A stretch of 64,000 nucleotides of DNA from Pecten maximus (lineage: Eukaryota), in assembly GCF_902652985.1 (NCBI RefSeq), contig NC_047021.1, positions 19,344,001 through 19,408,000 of the forward strand. Direction: 5' to 3'. The position numbers and the translations under genes are program-made. Position 1 is the first letter of the stretch. Every line of letters starts with the position of its first letter. Below are positions 28,113-41,945 of this stretch, piece after piece. Under the pieces are notes generated by a model that saw only the letters and a list, made by a program, of their open reading frames with translations, made no database searches and was not told the DNA's origin.

Positions 28113-28790
28113 ATGTTTGACCGAGCTGAGTCCATAGTTACAGAAGCGGGGGACCTGGAAGATGAAAGACCAAAATGTGAGCCAAGCCCATAATGACTGT
28201 GATTATAGCAACCGAACGTTGTGACTCTGGAAGGTCAGACTCAAGATCAGCAACACAACATCCAAACAACCTACCATCAGGCAAGAATCCGAATGATCTA
28301 AGGGTTCTGTAATATATATCAAGGGCATTTCCAAAACCCTGTGTTGAAATCTCACAAGATTCAGTGTTTAAAACCATCCAACAAATTAGGACAGACTCTT
28401 GTGAGACTCAATGACAAAACACCCCAAAAAGACCTAAAGACCTAGTCGGCCCGGTGTACTATGTCAATGTCAGGGCAAGACCATCGACGGAAAACAGTGT
28501 CAATAGACATATTTTGGCGAGACGGAGAGAAGACTTAATAATCGCTTCCTTGGGCGCAACCAAGCTCAGTTTAATCCTCTGAAGTGACCTAACATATCCA
28601 ACGTGAATCCCCAGGTCCGTCGGTAGGAGCCGACACTCTTCCAGGGGTCTATGACTCGCTCCTGAGGTCACCTGTCCGACAGGTCACGTGACCACAGGTA
28701 AATCCACCAGGCGAGACTCAGTCCTACTGAGGAAGATCACAGTAGTGGTCGAAATGTGAGCAACAGTTTAAAATCCTTTCTTTGACATGT
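28113..28790 (+). mobile_element. Penelope/Poseidon-type retroelement 3' fragment: decayed RT thumb, linker and GIY-YIG endonuclease, plus pLTR
   Basis: Across frameshifts: FDRAESIVTEAGDLEDE; YIKGISKTL; FKPSNKLGQTLVRLNDKTP; GPVYY; QCQ*TYFGETERRLNNRF (GIY-YIG YIGET-R-L-R motif); LPGVYDSLLRS. Confidence 0.85.
28720..28770 (+). ncRNA. Degenerate minimal hammerhead ribozyme of the Penelope pLTR
   Basis: CTGAGGA-A-GATCAC-AGTA-GTGGTC-GAAA: core boxes with a paired stem II directly after the GIY-YIG ORF. Stem III and the cleavage site appear mutated. Confidence 0.6.
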
Positions 28791-29363
28791 TGGCTTGTTT
28801 TAGCTGAAAAACAAAGACATTGACATCATTGGAAGTCATACGATGAAGAAACTAATTAAAACTTTGGTGTTTGAAGTAGAATGTAGAAATATTTAACAAT
28901 CAATTTGGGGTGTAGGACTTGAAGCAGCCTCTACCGCAATAAGATATTTAATTGTGCGATACTCGTAAGAGTGTGTAGTCGAACATAAAACAGGGAATGA
29001 TTGACCTGTGTGGCATTATAGGTTTTGAGGGGACGTAACATGACAGACTGGGTCGATTATTTTACGTCAAACCCAGCTTGTGCCTCATTATAAATCATAA
29101 ATATACACGTAAATGTAAGGAGAAAATGCAATGTTAAAATATAAGTGTTTCTGGTGTTCCAATGAGTAGCAAATCAACTTCAGTTTACTAGATGACACGG
29201 ACGCGAAACGGTCAAGACACTCAGTTTATATCAATAATACACAGGTACATGACACATTCAAATACAAATTTATAGCCAAAAAATAGAAAATCTGAAACAA
29301 CTCGCTCGGAAACGGGAATAGCTAAATATACACAGCCATTGTGATGTCTTCCTGAAAGATAAC

Positions 29364-29485
29364 TGACTCAGATGTTGGGAGATTGACTCAGATGTTGGGA
29401 GATTGACTCAGATGTTGGGAGATTGACTCAGATGTTGGGAGATTGACTCAGATGTTGAGAGATTGACTCAGATGTTGGGATATTG
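29364..29485. repeat. 20-bp minisatellite TGACTCAGATGTTGGGAGAT, 6 copies
   Basis: TGACTCA at 29364, 29384, 29404, 29424, 29444 and 29464. Confidence 0.97.
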
Positions 29486-31117
29486 AGCAAGGGAGTGTTT
29501 TTCGGCAAGGTAGTAGGTTACTGGTGAACGATGTTGTTAGTTGATGCAGGTTATCATTAGATACTGAAATAAACTAATGGACAAAACTGCATGGTTATAT
29601 ACATGTAATTCGTCTTCAAGGACTTGTGATGATAGAGGCCAAAAGTGTGGAATCTCACAGAAAAATAAAAAAGGGCAATAGCAATCACAAGAGGGAAACC
29701 AACCCAGTTATTTCCCCTATTTGTATAGCGGATACGTGCATAATCTGTATCGGTATCACTATTTATAAAACGTGCCATGCAGGTAACAACAAACCAACTG
29801 AATTAAATCAAATTATCACAAACAAAGATTTTGATAATGAAAATATTGATATATATATATCTCAACTTTCCATACATTGGTTGTTTTAAATAGCAGTTTG
29901 TGTTAGGTTGTGTAAGCCATAAATTTGTCGGGTCGTGAGTTCTGAGCTGGACATGGCTGGGAGCTCATGGCCTCCGTACACACTGAACGCGACCTTAGGT
30001 AGAGATAAGAACTCTAATGAAGCCTACGTGATTGACATTGAATGATGCCGAGGTTTGATTGGGACGAAATAACAAGACACGGGCCATCTTTCCTTCCATA
30101 ATTCAGTCTGAAGTGGGCACGTCGAATTCGGAGATATCTAGAAAATCTTGAAAGCTGTAATATGTGATAATACGATAGTTATATGAACGCGTTTTACCTG
30201 TCTTATCTCCTAGTGTGGGAGACAAAAACAAGCCTGCCCTAGTGTTCTGGGCAGGAACATATATCAACCAGTGTGTCGGAGCATGCATTGCAATACATAA
30301 AATGTACATCATTCACTAAAGTCATATTCTGCACATGCTTAATCAAAAATAATCTGATAGCTCCGTCGCTCCTTACCACTGAGAAATGTTGGCTTTCTCC
30401 ATTGTCCCGATAGGGAGCACATCAAACTACTCAATGTTACAAAGATTATAGGCAGTTTAAAAATGATTTATTTCACAGAGTGAACAGATGTACTTTTAGA
30501 ATTCTCCAGATGTGGCGGGATAGGCTTTGGTTCTGTCAGCAATGCAGGGATATTGCACATGAATTACAGTAATTTACACAGGTATCTTAGTATACAATTA
30601 AACGGCAGATTGCGTAAAGAATTAAATGCTCCATGTACGCTTTTCACACAGAAATCACTAGATGGACATGAAAGATTATGAAAAGACAAGATCAAACAGA
30701 AAATCCAGCGTTTCATAACCAGCTGTTCTATACATGTAACCAGCAATTCTATTCACACTAAGTGTCATGGTTTATTTATGAGGATATAGCCGATTATAGG
30801 TTGGTGTATTTTTTTTACGGTTTTTATATTTATCATTAATGCTAATGTATTTCTTACTCGGTAGAATATACGACTTTTCGGAAGATAATTGAAATAAATG
30901 ACAATTACTGCATTTGAGGCTCATTTTAATTAGGGAATGATGAAATTGCGGAAAATACATCACTCAACTAAATCTATCTCATTATACAAAGCTTTGCCGG
31001 CATTGTCTGGCTCGTTTTTTGTCTTTGGCGCGTAACAGCTCTCTAAGGTATATAATTCTAAGTTTGTAGATGTCACTCCATCAAATATATTAGTTGTCAT
31101 CTAATTCTTTATTTATT

Positions 31118-31541
31118 TAAGCATTGAACTGTTTTTGTATGGTATTAATGATCTATTTGAATGCCAGAGCTTTGCAAGCAAACAACATAATGTGCGTTAT
31201 CACATTATGATTTGTTTGCTTGCAAAGCTCAGGCATTCAAATAGATCATAAATACCATACAAAAACAGTTCAACGCTTATATTTACTTTCCTTTTACTTT
31301 TTTTTTTTTTACTTTTTTAAATGCTATAATTCATATTTAAAATTAATAATTCCCGCCTTACCCGACAGTCAGCAGATTTTTTGTCAGTCGTTGGAACAGC
31401 CGGAACATGGTCGCGTGCTTTTTGGCAAACAAAATAGTACATGGACAATTTAAAAAAAAACTCAATTTTGTTAATCATTTTATTATCAACGTAATGCGCA
31501 AATGGCATATTTTTATAACAAATAATGTAGACAAAATAATT
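31118..31541 (+). mobile_element. Hairpin-ended non-autonomous element (Crypton-like), second family; 162-bp near-perfect palindrome at 31118-31279, distal end approximate
   Basis: Arms of about 78 bp, TAAGCATTGAACTGTTTTTGTATGGTA...TACCATACAAAAACAGTTCAACGCTTA. The outer motif is the same as in the elements at 1243 and 40032. Confidence 0.6.
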
Positions 31542-32964
31542 AGTCGTTAAACTTAATTATCCTTAATTATTAAAGTTAAGATCCTGTATCTTTAAAAAAA
31601 TATAATTCTAAGAACTGTAAATTAATTTGGTGTGGCCCTATTAGAAACCATTCAAATTAAATCAAATGATTTCCGTATGACTTCTATATGAACATTTAAA
31701 GTAGGATATGTAAAATGTATAATTAAAACCTTCGTTCATGTTTTATTTATTTCAGATCCTTTGCTAGAGTTGACCCGGAAGTGATGCGGATGATGTAGGT
31801 GGCGCACATGGTTCGCGTATAACCTGAGAGATACCGTCGCAATCATTAACATTGATTTATGGCTTATCTTGGGATGAACCATAGTATGTGGCATTCTACA
31901 TTTTTAATTTCCAATAAATGCCCAACAAATGATAAAAATAATCAGATGAGATATGAAGGAAATAATCTTAAGTCGAAACCGAGATAAGTAGGAGACGAGA
32001 GGACGTTTAATAGGCTACCAAGTACACAACGCTATCTCTTAGATTGGATAGATTTAACTCTGTTTGAAGGATTAAGTCTTTTTGAGAAAAATAAAAGTTG
32101 CCATAGAAAGCATATACAGTCTTTGAGATTATATTTACGACCAATTGGATAGCAATGTTGATAATCATTAAAGTAAATTCCTGAATCTTTACAAACAATT
32201 CCAAGCAACGAGGCATCTTGACTTGGCACATTATATCAATAGAAACCTTTAAGTTGTTTTAAATGTCGAGAAGATTACGTAAAACATCATTAAGGTATAT
32301 TTAAACCTGAAAAAACAACAGTCCACCTGTCTCATCATCGAAAACCACATGCATAATCAAACATTTTTGCCGATGAGATTTTGTGTGGGTTTTAAGTGGG
32401 ATATTAATGTGATTATAAGACGTTATCAAGACAGGACAGGCTAGGGTTACACGAATACAGTATAGGTGTATCCTTCATGTTTTTGCTATTTAAATGTTTT
32501 ACAAATTAGAGGAAGTGTTTACCGGAAATAACTGTACATTGGCTAGTCTAAACAATCCCTGTCTCTCAACAGTTCAGTATATAAATGTCAACCTTACCAG
32601 GTCTGAAGATTGTCTGTGATAAAATAAAATGATTTTGATTTTTTTTTTCGAAATGCCAAATCTGATAATATTTTTTAACATAAATAAACACTTCGGTCTA
32701 TATTTCTCTAGAGATTTTCTTCTGCTTTAAAAGAACGAAAAGCATTACATAATATACTCAATTGCTTAATTTGATATTATTGTTTATTTTCAAGTAACGT
32801 CATCAATAACAAGGGTGGAATGAGTACAGGTGATAACAAACAATGATTTTATGAGTATAAGATCTGTACACAGGTTGTTACTGACTGTTTACAAATTCAG
32901 AAAAATGCCAAAAATACCTATTGGGAGGTAATTCTTATTGTGTAATCCTTAAGGTTTTTTTCCG

Positions 32965-33215
32965 TGATGTTTCGGTGGATGTGATCTGAGATGTTATATT
33001 GTTTGTATGACGTTTCGGTGGATGCGATCTGACATGTTATATTGTTTGTATGACGTTTCGGTGGATGTGATCTGAGATGTTATATTGTTTGTATGACGTT
33101 TCGGTGGATGGGATCTGAGATGTTATATTGTTTGTATGACGTTTCGGTGGATGGGATCTGAGATGTTATATAATTTGTATGACGTTTCGGTGGATGTGAT
33201 CTGAGATGTAATATT
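32965..33215. repeat. 43-bp minisatellite TGACGTTTCGGTGGATGTGATCTGAGATGTTATATTGTTTGTA, about 6 copies
   Basis: 43-bp periodicity (33008 to 33051). Confidence 0.96.
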
Positions 33216-34569
33216 CTTTTATTTTTGTATATCATTGGGTATACACCAGTGCCATTGTCAAACTATTTTTACAAACTGTAACATGCTTTGTTTTCAGTTT
33301 TACTCACATAGAGAGAAAGCTATCAAATAATCTATTATATATGTAATTATATTATTACTTCTAGGTGTTTACTCAAATCGTTTCAGCACTGTTATGTCAT
33401 CTGGGAATGACGTTTAAAAACAATTTGTGAAATCAACTGTTTCAATCATTTTTACACAGAATTATATTGTTATGTTTTGCTATTTTTGAGAATAAAAAAA
33501 ATCTTGATACAGATACATTGAACAAAAGATTCTGGAGAATAGTATTTCGCCTGATTGATAATTTCTGAAAACATACGTTCGGTAAAAAACGCGAAAAAAC
33601 GAAAAGGCCTTTAACACCATATCGTTGATAGGTTATGAATATTCATGAAGATGATTAGCAGTTAGGAAACGCTAGTTTTTCTCTAAGATAATTTCTATTT
33701 TATCTTACATCGAATAAACATGCCATGAATATTACGGTAAGTGAAGTGAGAATCGTATAGGAAGAGTCACATGATTTGACGTCAAGTTAACCTTGCTGTT
33801 AACAAGTGATTCCCGCTGTTAAACTTTGAATGGATACTGGTAGTTAAATAAAGTCAAGGGGGTTATAAAAGATGCATATATAGGGCGGGATTACGTATAC
33901 AACAAGTAATTAAAACACAGTAATTGTGAGATAAACGTCAGAAGAAAGTACAGCATGACCCCGACTGTCGTCTGCTCGCCTAACCTGCCCAGACCGATGG
34001 TATCGTACACCGACTAATCTAGCGACGAATTAAAGTCTTAGATAATGAACAAACTTTTATCCCCAGAAACTTAGATACTATTAGAATTTTAATCAAAATT
34101 TACTTGAACGTTTATCGTTAAGAGCAGTGATAATAGCTTTCGTGTGTTTTAACGATTCAAGGTCAGGAATCGGAGCTAAGGTCTGTATGGATTCGCACCG
34201 AATCCTCATTCTGCTTTTATCGTAGTGCCATAAATTTGTTCTTTTAAAAATAACATGTTTCCTAACGAGATAAAAGACTATTTCGATAAACAAATTTTTT
34301 GGCAGAGTTTGTATTGCTACACCTTAAGGCAACTGCTTTAAAGGGGGGAAAAGTACAAGATTAAAAGAATCTATACACTCTGCCAAAAATCATATTCGTG
34401 GTCTCAAAAACTAGAATGCAGCTATTGGAGAGATGAACTTTAATGCTTTAAAGTGTGGGCGAATATTACATAATCAATGTATTTATAAAGCTCACGTGTA
34501 TTACTGTAGTCACAGGACAAAACGTCTAGCCGTCTGAAAGCTACACCCTGCGAATAAATAGAACTCGTT

Positions 34570-34860
34570 AAATGTCATTGGGGTTGTTTTGGATGACGTA
34601 AGAGTTACAGAGGTTTACTTTTGCAACGTCGGTTTTAAAGCGTTTTTACTATGATTTCGTCAGTATTTTGGGGTTCTATTGTTTTGACGTCATCGATATT
34701 GGGAATTTATTGTTGTGATATCAGCGTCATTCTGGTTCTTTTGTGTTGACGTCACTGTTGTAAGGTTTAGATCAGGTTACATCTATGTTACTGTACTGGG
34801 GTTCTATTATGATGACGTCGGTGTTATTGGTGTTCTATTGTGATGACGTCAGTGTTATTA
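34570..34860. repeat. Old degenerate ~31-bp tandem repeat with a TGACGTC core
   Basis: TGACGTC at about 34686, 34747, 34813 and 34844, each with GTTCT(A/T)TT-like flanks. Confidence 0.6.
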
Positions 34861-37800
34861 TAAATATCACATAGTTTAAGATCTTAAGTTGGGCTTTAAT
34901 AACTGCAGTTATCCTTTATAGGAAGCGTATCCTTGAGAATAATTGAGGCGAATACTGCAAAACTAAATAACATTATAAACGTGTCTGCATAAACTTATGA
35001 TATATTTAGTGACAATATATTTAAATACAAATGTTAAGATTACTTTATGATTAAATATTCTTTTATATAAAGCATTTTGAAATCCAGCCGGTTTTACAAT
35101 TCTTAAAACATAACCCAGAATGTAATGCTATCTATTGTTGATATCTATCGTCGACAAGAGAAGTGCCTTTATTTGCAACATTTAAAAATAACTCTTTTTG
35201 ACAATTTCATGCCCCCTTAGAATAGTTACCCTATTCATATATACATGTACGGTGCACCGTTGCTACCTACAAGTTCTTACAAAAATATCAATGTATAAAA
35301 TGTTAACGTCAATTTGAACAATCAAATAAGCCTTATTTGAATACATTGTAGACGGGTATGAGAACAACTTATTAATTGGATAGTAAATACATTTAGATAT
35401 TAGGTGATAGAAAACATTGGGGAACATTGTCCGACTCCGTTCTATGAGAGGACAACATCAATCACATGACTATCTGTGTATCTATTAATTAACCATGTGA
35501 CCGGACGGACTTAGTGCGGGATCCCCGCACGTGTCTGTAATATATCCATAGAAATTCTTCTCAATCCGGACATTACAACAAGTTTGTCTTTTGGCGCCAA
35601 CTCTGGAAAGCAAAATCACCTTCGGTGTCTAACCGACGATTTTTAGAGAAGTATATCTCAAAATGCTGGCAAAACGTATTACACGCCCTCCATTATCAAT
35701 AGTTTTGTCTGTCGCTGAGGGAGGTTATAGTTTTCAATCGCTGTCCTATCTATAATTAAATTTTAGATTGAATGCGTTCTGTTGATGCTATTGATACCCT
35801 TAAAAATAGAGCATCTCCAGATTTAAAAAAGAATTAAATTTCAAAGATCACATGTACGATCTCATATTGATTGCTCATGATTATGGAAATGTAATTTAAT
35901 TTCTTTTGATTTTGCGATGAACTTGTTAGATATGTACGACGATATGGGCGATGTGGATATCTACATGGACGTGTGTGGAGCAAGCATGATTCAAACCAAA
36001 ACACACAGGGTGATCATACTGTTCGCAGTACATGTGTGCTTATCATAGTTGCTCCCTGTCGGATGTTCTGCAGTATCACTTACCGGGCACACAAGGAAGA
36101 CTCACTCAGGGGGTTAAGCACACAACCTTTCATTCATAAGGTGCCGTTATATGACGACACAAATCAGGAAATTAATACACTAGACTTCGTAAATACGTTT
36201 TGTGATAAAATAACTCTCATTTCTGTTTAAAATAACTACCAGTATCTATTTGATTTATTTTCACATTTTGAGGTGTATTTGCAATATTCACAAACGTATC
36301 AAAACTTCAATGGCATCATATTCTATGTTGTCATCAGTGTTGTAAATGACAATATCTCATTACTGCTCGCTTGTTACTTACATACTTACCTTACTTACTT
36401 ACTTACCATAGTAGAGAAGCCATACACAAAATAATGTTAGTAATCATATCAATTTTAAGAAAGCTAGCGAAGGAATTATGTCACAAATGTGATAAAATAT
36501 ATAATTATGTATTTATTCATATCGCTTTACAATGTGCCTTCACAGAAGAAGTGAGAGAAGATCAGTTATGGTGTGAATTAATTAATACAAATAAAATAAT
36601 GTTTAATGTATATTTACATTCCCATTCAGGTTTTCAGTTATTTCACATACTAATTGATGGCGATTAAGTATGAAGTGGATATGTCAGAATCAATAGATTT
36701 CCGACTGGTATCTGTTAAGTATGTTTCAAACCTTCTAAACAAATATCATCAATAATTACCTAAATATGTATTTTATTTTGAATAACTCTTATGATTGATA
36801 TTGTTGTATTCATTTTTTTGTCATATTATAAACTGTTCATGTACTTTAATTATATCAATTATCCGGTTTACAACTGTAACCATGTTATTATATTAATATA
36901 ATCTTCTTAAAGGAGGAAATAAAGAGAATAATTATATGATTATTTACAATGATTTTGTAAAGAAATGATCCATTGTTCTTGAAGGTTTAACTGTCAAATA
37001 TGATCGACCGGAGAGAGCAATGCTATCTCCTTTTTCAATACAAGAAACACATATATGTTTCAATTGTACTATATGATACAGTTTTATTCATTTGAGCTCA
37101 ATTGTATTTAACTCTGAATTTCTATTGAAATCAGCTAATGTCGTTAATGTATCTTTTGTCCAATGATTCACTTAAATGTGATCCAGCTTTTGTTCTTATC
37201 ACATCTTTTTATTTTTATGCTTTAAAAAGTGGGATTCTTATCAACAACCACCATTTCAGTGTTCAGTTGTGATATTTTCTCAAGGAATGTATTATCAATT
37301 CTTGAAATGTTTTTTTTTCGAGAGGTACAAATGTACATATCATGTATATTAAATCTCCGTCATTACAACGTAAACATGTAAGTTTGCCGTAACAACACAT
37401 CGAACTGGCAATGCTTACGTATCATTAGGACATGGAAACTTAAACGATGGTTGAATGTCAAAATTATAGAACATGTATTCAAATTCGCATATCTCTAGGT
37501 ATTGCTACTGTCAATACAGATGTTGACATTGCATGCCTATTTCATGACTAGCAATAATAACCACAGTAACCCAAATATAATAAAGTTCAGTCTTGGAAAC
37601 AAAGTTGACGTAGTAAACCATTGACATTTTAATTACTTTTTGAGTAACTGTTAGATGTTTGAATAAGAGGAAAGCATATATTTAAGCTAAAATGTAATAA
37701 AAACAGAATCCCCATTGAACGTCTCGGTTTGGGGCTCCGCGAGGGAAGTAAAAGATTGTATGGTAAATAAAAAAAAATATATTGTTTTATCTCAAGTAAA

Positions 37801-39850
37801 GTTAGGGAATATTCTGGGTAATGTAGTAAAACCATGTGTTTTAATGCAGGAATCTATATGCAGACGCAAAAAGCAATTTATTTGTTTTCTATGCTACTTT
37901 TTATTAAGTAGTCGTCGATCAGGTCGAGATGAAAAAATAGAATACTAAAATATTTCATGAGCAATCGAACTAAGAAAATATCAGTTTGAAAGTAGCAACG
38001 ATATAGACCTGTGATAGAAAATTTGTAGAGGACCTTGTATTGTTGCAATCATTATAGAGATTAAAAAAATCTTTCTGCATTACAAGGGGAACAATTAAAA
38101 CATCGTTAGTTTAAAAAATGGCTGGCGGTAAAGTATACCATCAATTTGCCTTTAAGAAATTACAGTTTAAAAGTGTTCAAATATATGTTTTTTACCATTT
38201 AAAGGTGTTATGAAATATTGCATAGAGACAGTTGAATGTTATTGACAATGTATCACTAACCCATCAACGAAAGCTGATGACAGAGTACTACAACTAACGC
38301 CGGACAGAAATACCTGTACCTTGACAATGTTCGCGAACCTATGATATCGTTACAACACTCATGATTTCATTCTGTTTTCTTGGCATACGTCTACTTAGAA
38401 CTGATATCAAAGTCGAATCATTCCGATAAATGTCATTAACAACTAGTTATAAATTTGAAATCATTGGATAAATTCACATCCCTCTGGTAATGATATTCAG
38501 ATCACTTACGGAAACGTCACTAAAGAATTGTCGTGAGCGTATCGTCCTGCCAGTTTCACAGTTGTATTACAATAATTGTGCTCGCAATAGATGTTAAATA
38601 GCGATTAGGAAGTTCGGGAATAAGATAGAGTGACGTCACTATTTTTCCAATGTCTCATTATTGCATTTATGACATATTGACTTATCTAGAATAAAAAAAC
38701 TATAACTGAATATTGGATTAAGTTGCTGAACCGTTGATGATGATAGTTTTAGTGCGTAACGCGACCGTGAATGTGATCGTCTAATGTTACAAGATAGATA
38801 ACTCTGTCAACCGTGCGTGCGATAGGATTGGGGATTTTGTAGTGCATTACGATAATATTCACAATCCTTAAAACAAGTGGAGGGCAATATACTCGGCGTG
38901 GTAAAACATTATACTAGTAGACTAAAGTATAGATAATCCCCCAGATATTACACAAGATACTGTTTAACACCAAGGAGGAGGAGCGATATACCTGGTATTG
39001 TAAAAACATTGTACTAGTAGACTATAGTATTGATTATCCCCCAGAAATGGAATGGAGATTGTGCACAAGTATACATAATACTATCTAACAATCATCAAAC
39101 CAAGGAGGAGGGCTGGGATGGGTCAGTTCTTTAACATAAACAAAATAAAGGCGATACAAGTATACTAGAAATCGATGGTAAAGTGAGTATAAATTAGAGG
39201 GTGTTACATCACATCACAACATTAAAATCAGTATTATACATCTAACTGTTATCCAACCCTGTTGATAGTAGGTATTTAATTATGTTAGGATACACAATCA
39301 ACCCACGAGGTTCAGTGTTATACGTACATACAAATCACCACTATGGCAGAATGATCCTACAAATTATATAATTAAAGAAAAGGGAAAAGTCGGCAGTTAC
39401 GTCTCTTGTTTAGGAGATTCTTCAAACATTTCAAAGATTTACTTAAAATATTTTTACAACATTAGTTATTGCACTATAAAACATATCACCATGGCGATGG
39501 TTGATAAACATTCCCACATATACATGTTTTAAGTAAGAACTCGATACTGCGCCTGTAGACTTGACTGTCGTCTCGGGTTCTTCTAAGAGATTGCTATAGT
39601 ATGTCTCTAACCGTAACAACAATAGTCATGTCACCGTAAGTCTGACAGAAATTTATATTGTTTTAGACATGAACTTATCAGGTAAAAAAAACTAGTCGGG
39701 GTGCTATCTGGTACCTTTTGGTCATTCTTAGGGTTTATCAATCTATCAGAGCAAACATACGGTACTGGGAAAAACATATCAACTTAGAAAATAAATCAAT
39801 TTGATACCGCCTTGTTATTCATTGCGGATATCTATGTGCAAAATTTGATA

Positions 39851-40155
39851 ATTAATTTTTCTTTGTTTTCATGGTAAGTACTCAAATATGATTGGTCGAA
39901 AAATTCTTTTCATTCTTCTATACGACAATTGACGTTGCGTATTGATTTGAGAAAAAGAATCCCATTTAAAACCAGTAAAATTGTACATAAAACATGTTTT
40001 AAATTAGAAAATCATTTTCAAAAATTAATTATAAGCGTTGATGTCATTTTTTTTAGTTTCATCGGTAAGAATCCGCTACGCGGATTCATACAGTTTGCAA
40101 ACAAAATTTGTTTCATACCCCGATGAAACTAAAAAAAAAATGACATCAATGCTTA
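39851..40155 (-). mobile_element. Non-autonomous hairpin-ended DNA element (Crypton-like), copy 2
   Basis: Reverse-complement homologue of 1243-1567. Terminal foldback at 40032-40155 with inner palindrome GAATCCGCTACGCGGATTC. Confidence 0.7.
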
Positions 40156-40156
40156 A

Positions 40157-41945
40157 ATAATGTGGATATATATGTACAGAAGGAAATAATGTGGTTATAT
40201 TTAAACAAAAGTAAATAATGTTGATTGAAATGTGCATAACTTAATGAAAATCATGGATCTATATGTACAACTGTAAATAATGTGAATCTATATATCCAAT
40301 AGGTTAATTATATTGATCTATATGTACAATAGTTAAAATAATATACATCTATATGTATAAAAGTTAATATTGTGAATCTATATTAAAGCAGTAAATAACA
40401 TTTATCTATTTGTACAAAAGTAAATAATATAGATCTATAGATAGGAAAGTAAATAATGTAGATGTATATGTTCAACAGAAAATGATGTGGACCTACATGT
40501 ACAGAAATAGATGATGTGGATCTATATGTACATTTTATATGCACAACAGTAAATAATATAGACATATATATACAGAAATACATCACATGGATCCCTATGT
40601 AGAGCACAAATTAATGTTGATTTATAACTGTAAAAAATGTGGATCTAAATGTACAACTGTAAAAAAAAGAGGATCTATGTACTGAGGTAAATAATGTTGA
40701 AATCTATGTACAAATGTAAAGTATATAACTTGGATCTATATGACCAAAAAGTTAATTATACCATCGTATTTTGCACGTTGGAACATACATTAATCCCACA
40801 ACTACTCTGCTATGTTTTTTGGCAATAAAATAACAAACACTTTGGTTGTCGAAAAATGAGCATTTATTAAAAATGCCAGTTATTTGTTTACAAACCAAAA
40901 AAGATGGGGGTTTCTTACTAATAAAACGCCACAAACTTGAAATGAAACTTAATTTCAAGTGCCCCAGCCAGAGTAAGTTGTGTGGACTAAATTTCTACTA
41001 CTTAATAAGTACATGTACAACAAATAGCAAGACAATACAAAATCTTATGCAATGGATTCTAGAAACAAAATTATACAGAAACAAGTCTGTCCCACATAGA
41101 TATTGAAAGCTGCCTCAGACAGTCTTTCAAATAAAGTTGGATTATTAATATACATCAGTAAATAACATGCATCTACTTGTAAAAAAAATAAAGTGTATAA
41201 GTACAACAGTAAATATGTGGATCTATGTGAACAGAAGTAAATAAAGTGGATCTATATGTACGGCTCTAAATAATGTAGATATATAACTGTAAATAATATG
41301 GATATATATGTACAAAAGCAAATAATGTGGATCTATATGTACACAAGTAAGTAATGTTGATCGATATAAACAAAATGTTAAAAACGTGAATTGATATGTA
41401 CAACAGCAAATAATGGTGATCTATATGTATATGTACAACTGTAAATCATGTGGATTTATATGGATAGAAGTAAATAATGTGAAACTATATGTACAAAAGT
41501 AAATTATGTGGAACTGTATTTACAGGAGTAAATAATGTTGAGCTATAAATGTAAATGATGTTGATCTATATGAACAGCAGTAAGTTTTGTGGATCTATAT
41601 GTAAAACTCTAAATAATGTTGATCTATATCTGTAAATAATATGGATCTATATGTATAAAAGTAAATGATGTGGATCTATATGTACACAAGTAAATAATAT
41701 GGATATATAAGTACATGTACATACGTAAATAATGTTGATCTATATCTGTAAATAATATGGATATATATGTACAAAAGCAAATAATGTGGATTAACATGTA
41801 CATAACTAAATAATGTTGATTTTTATTGAAAACTGTAAATAATGTGGTTATATGTACAAAAGTTAATAATGTCGATCTACATATATAGAAAAGTAAATAA
41901 TGTGGATCTATATGTACAACAGTAAATAATGTAGATCTATATGTA
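40157..41945. repeat. Degenerate 29-bp AT-rich minisatellite AAATAATGTGGATCTATATGTACAAAAGT, interrupted at about 40750-41200
   Basis: Recurrent GGATCTATATGTAC at about 29-bp spacing. Confidence 0.9.
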
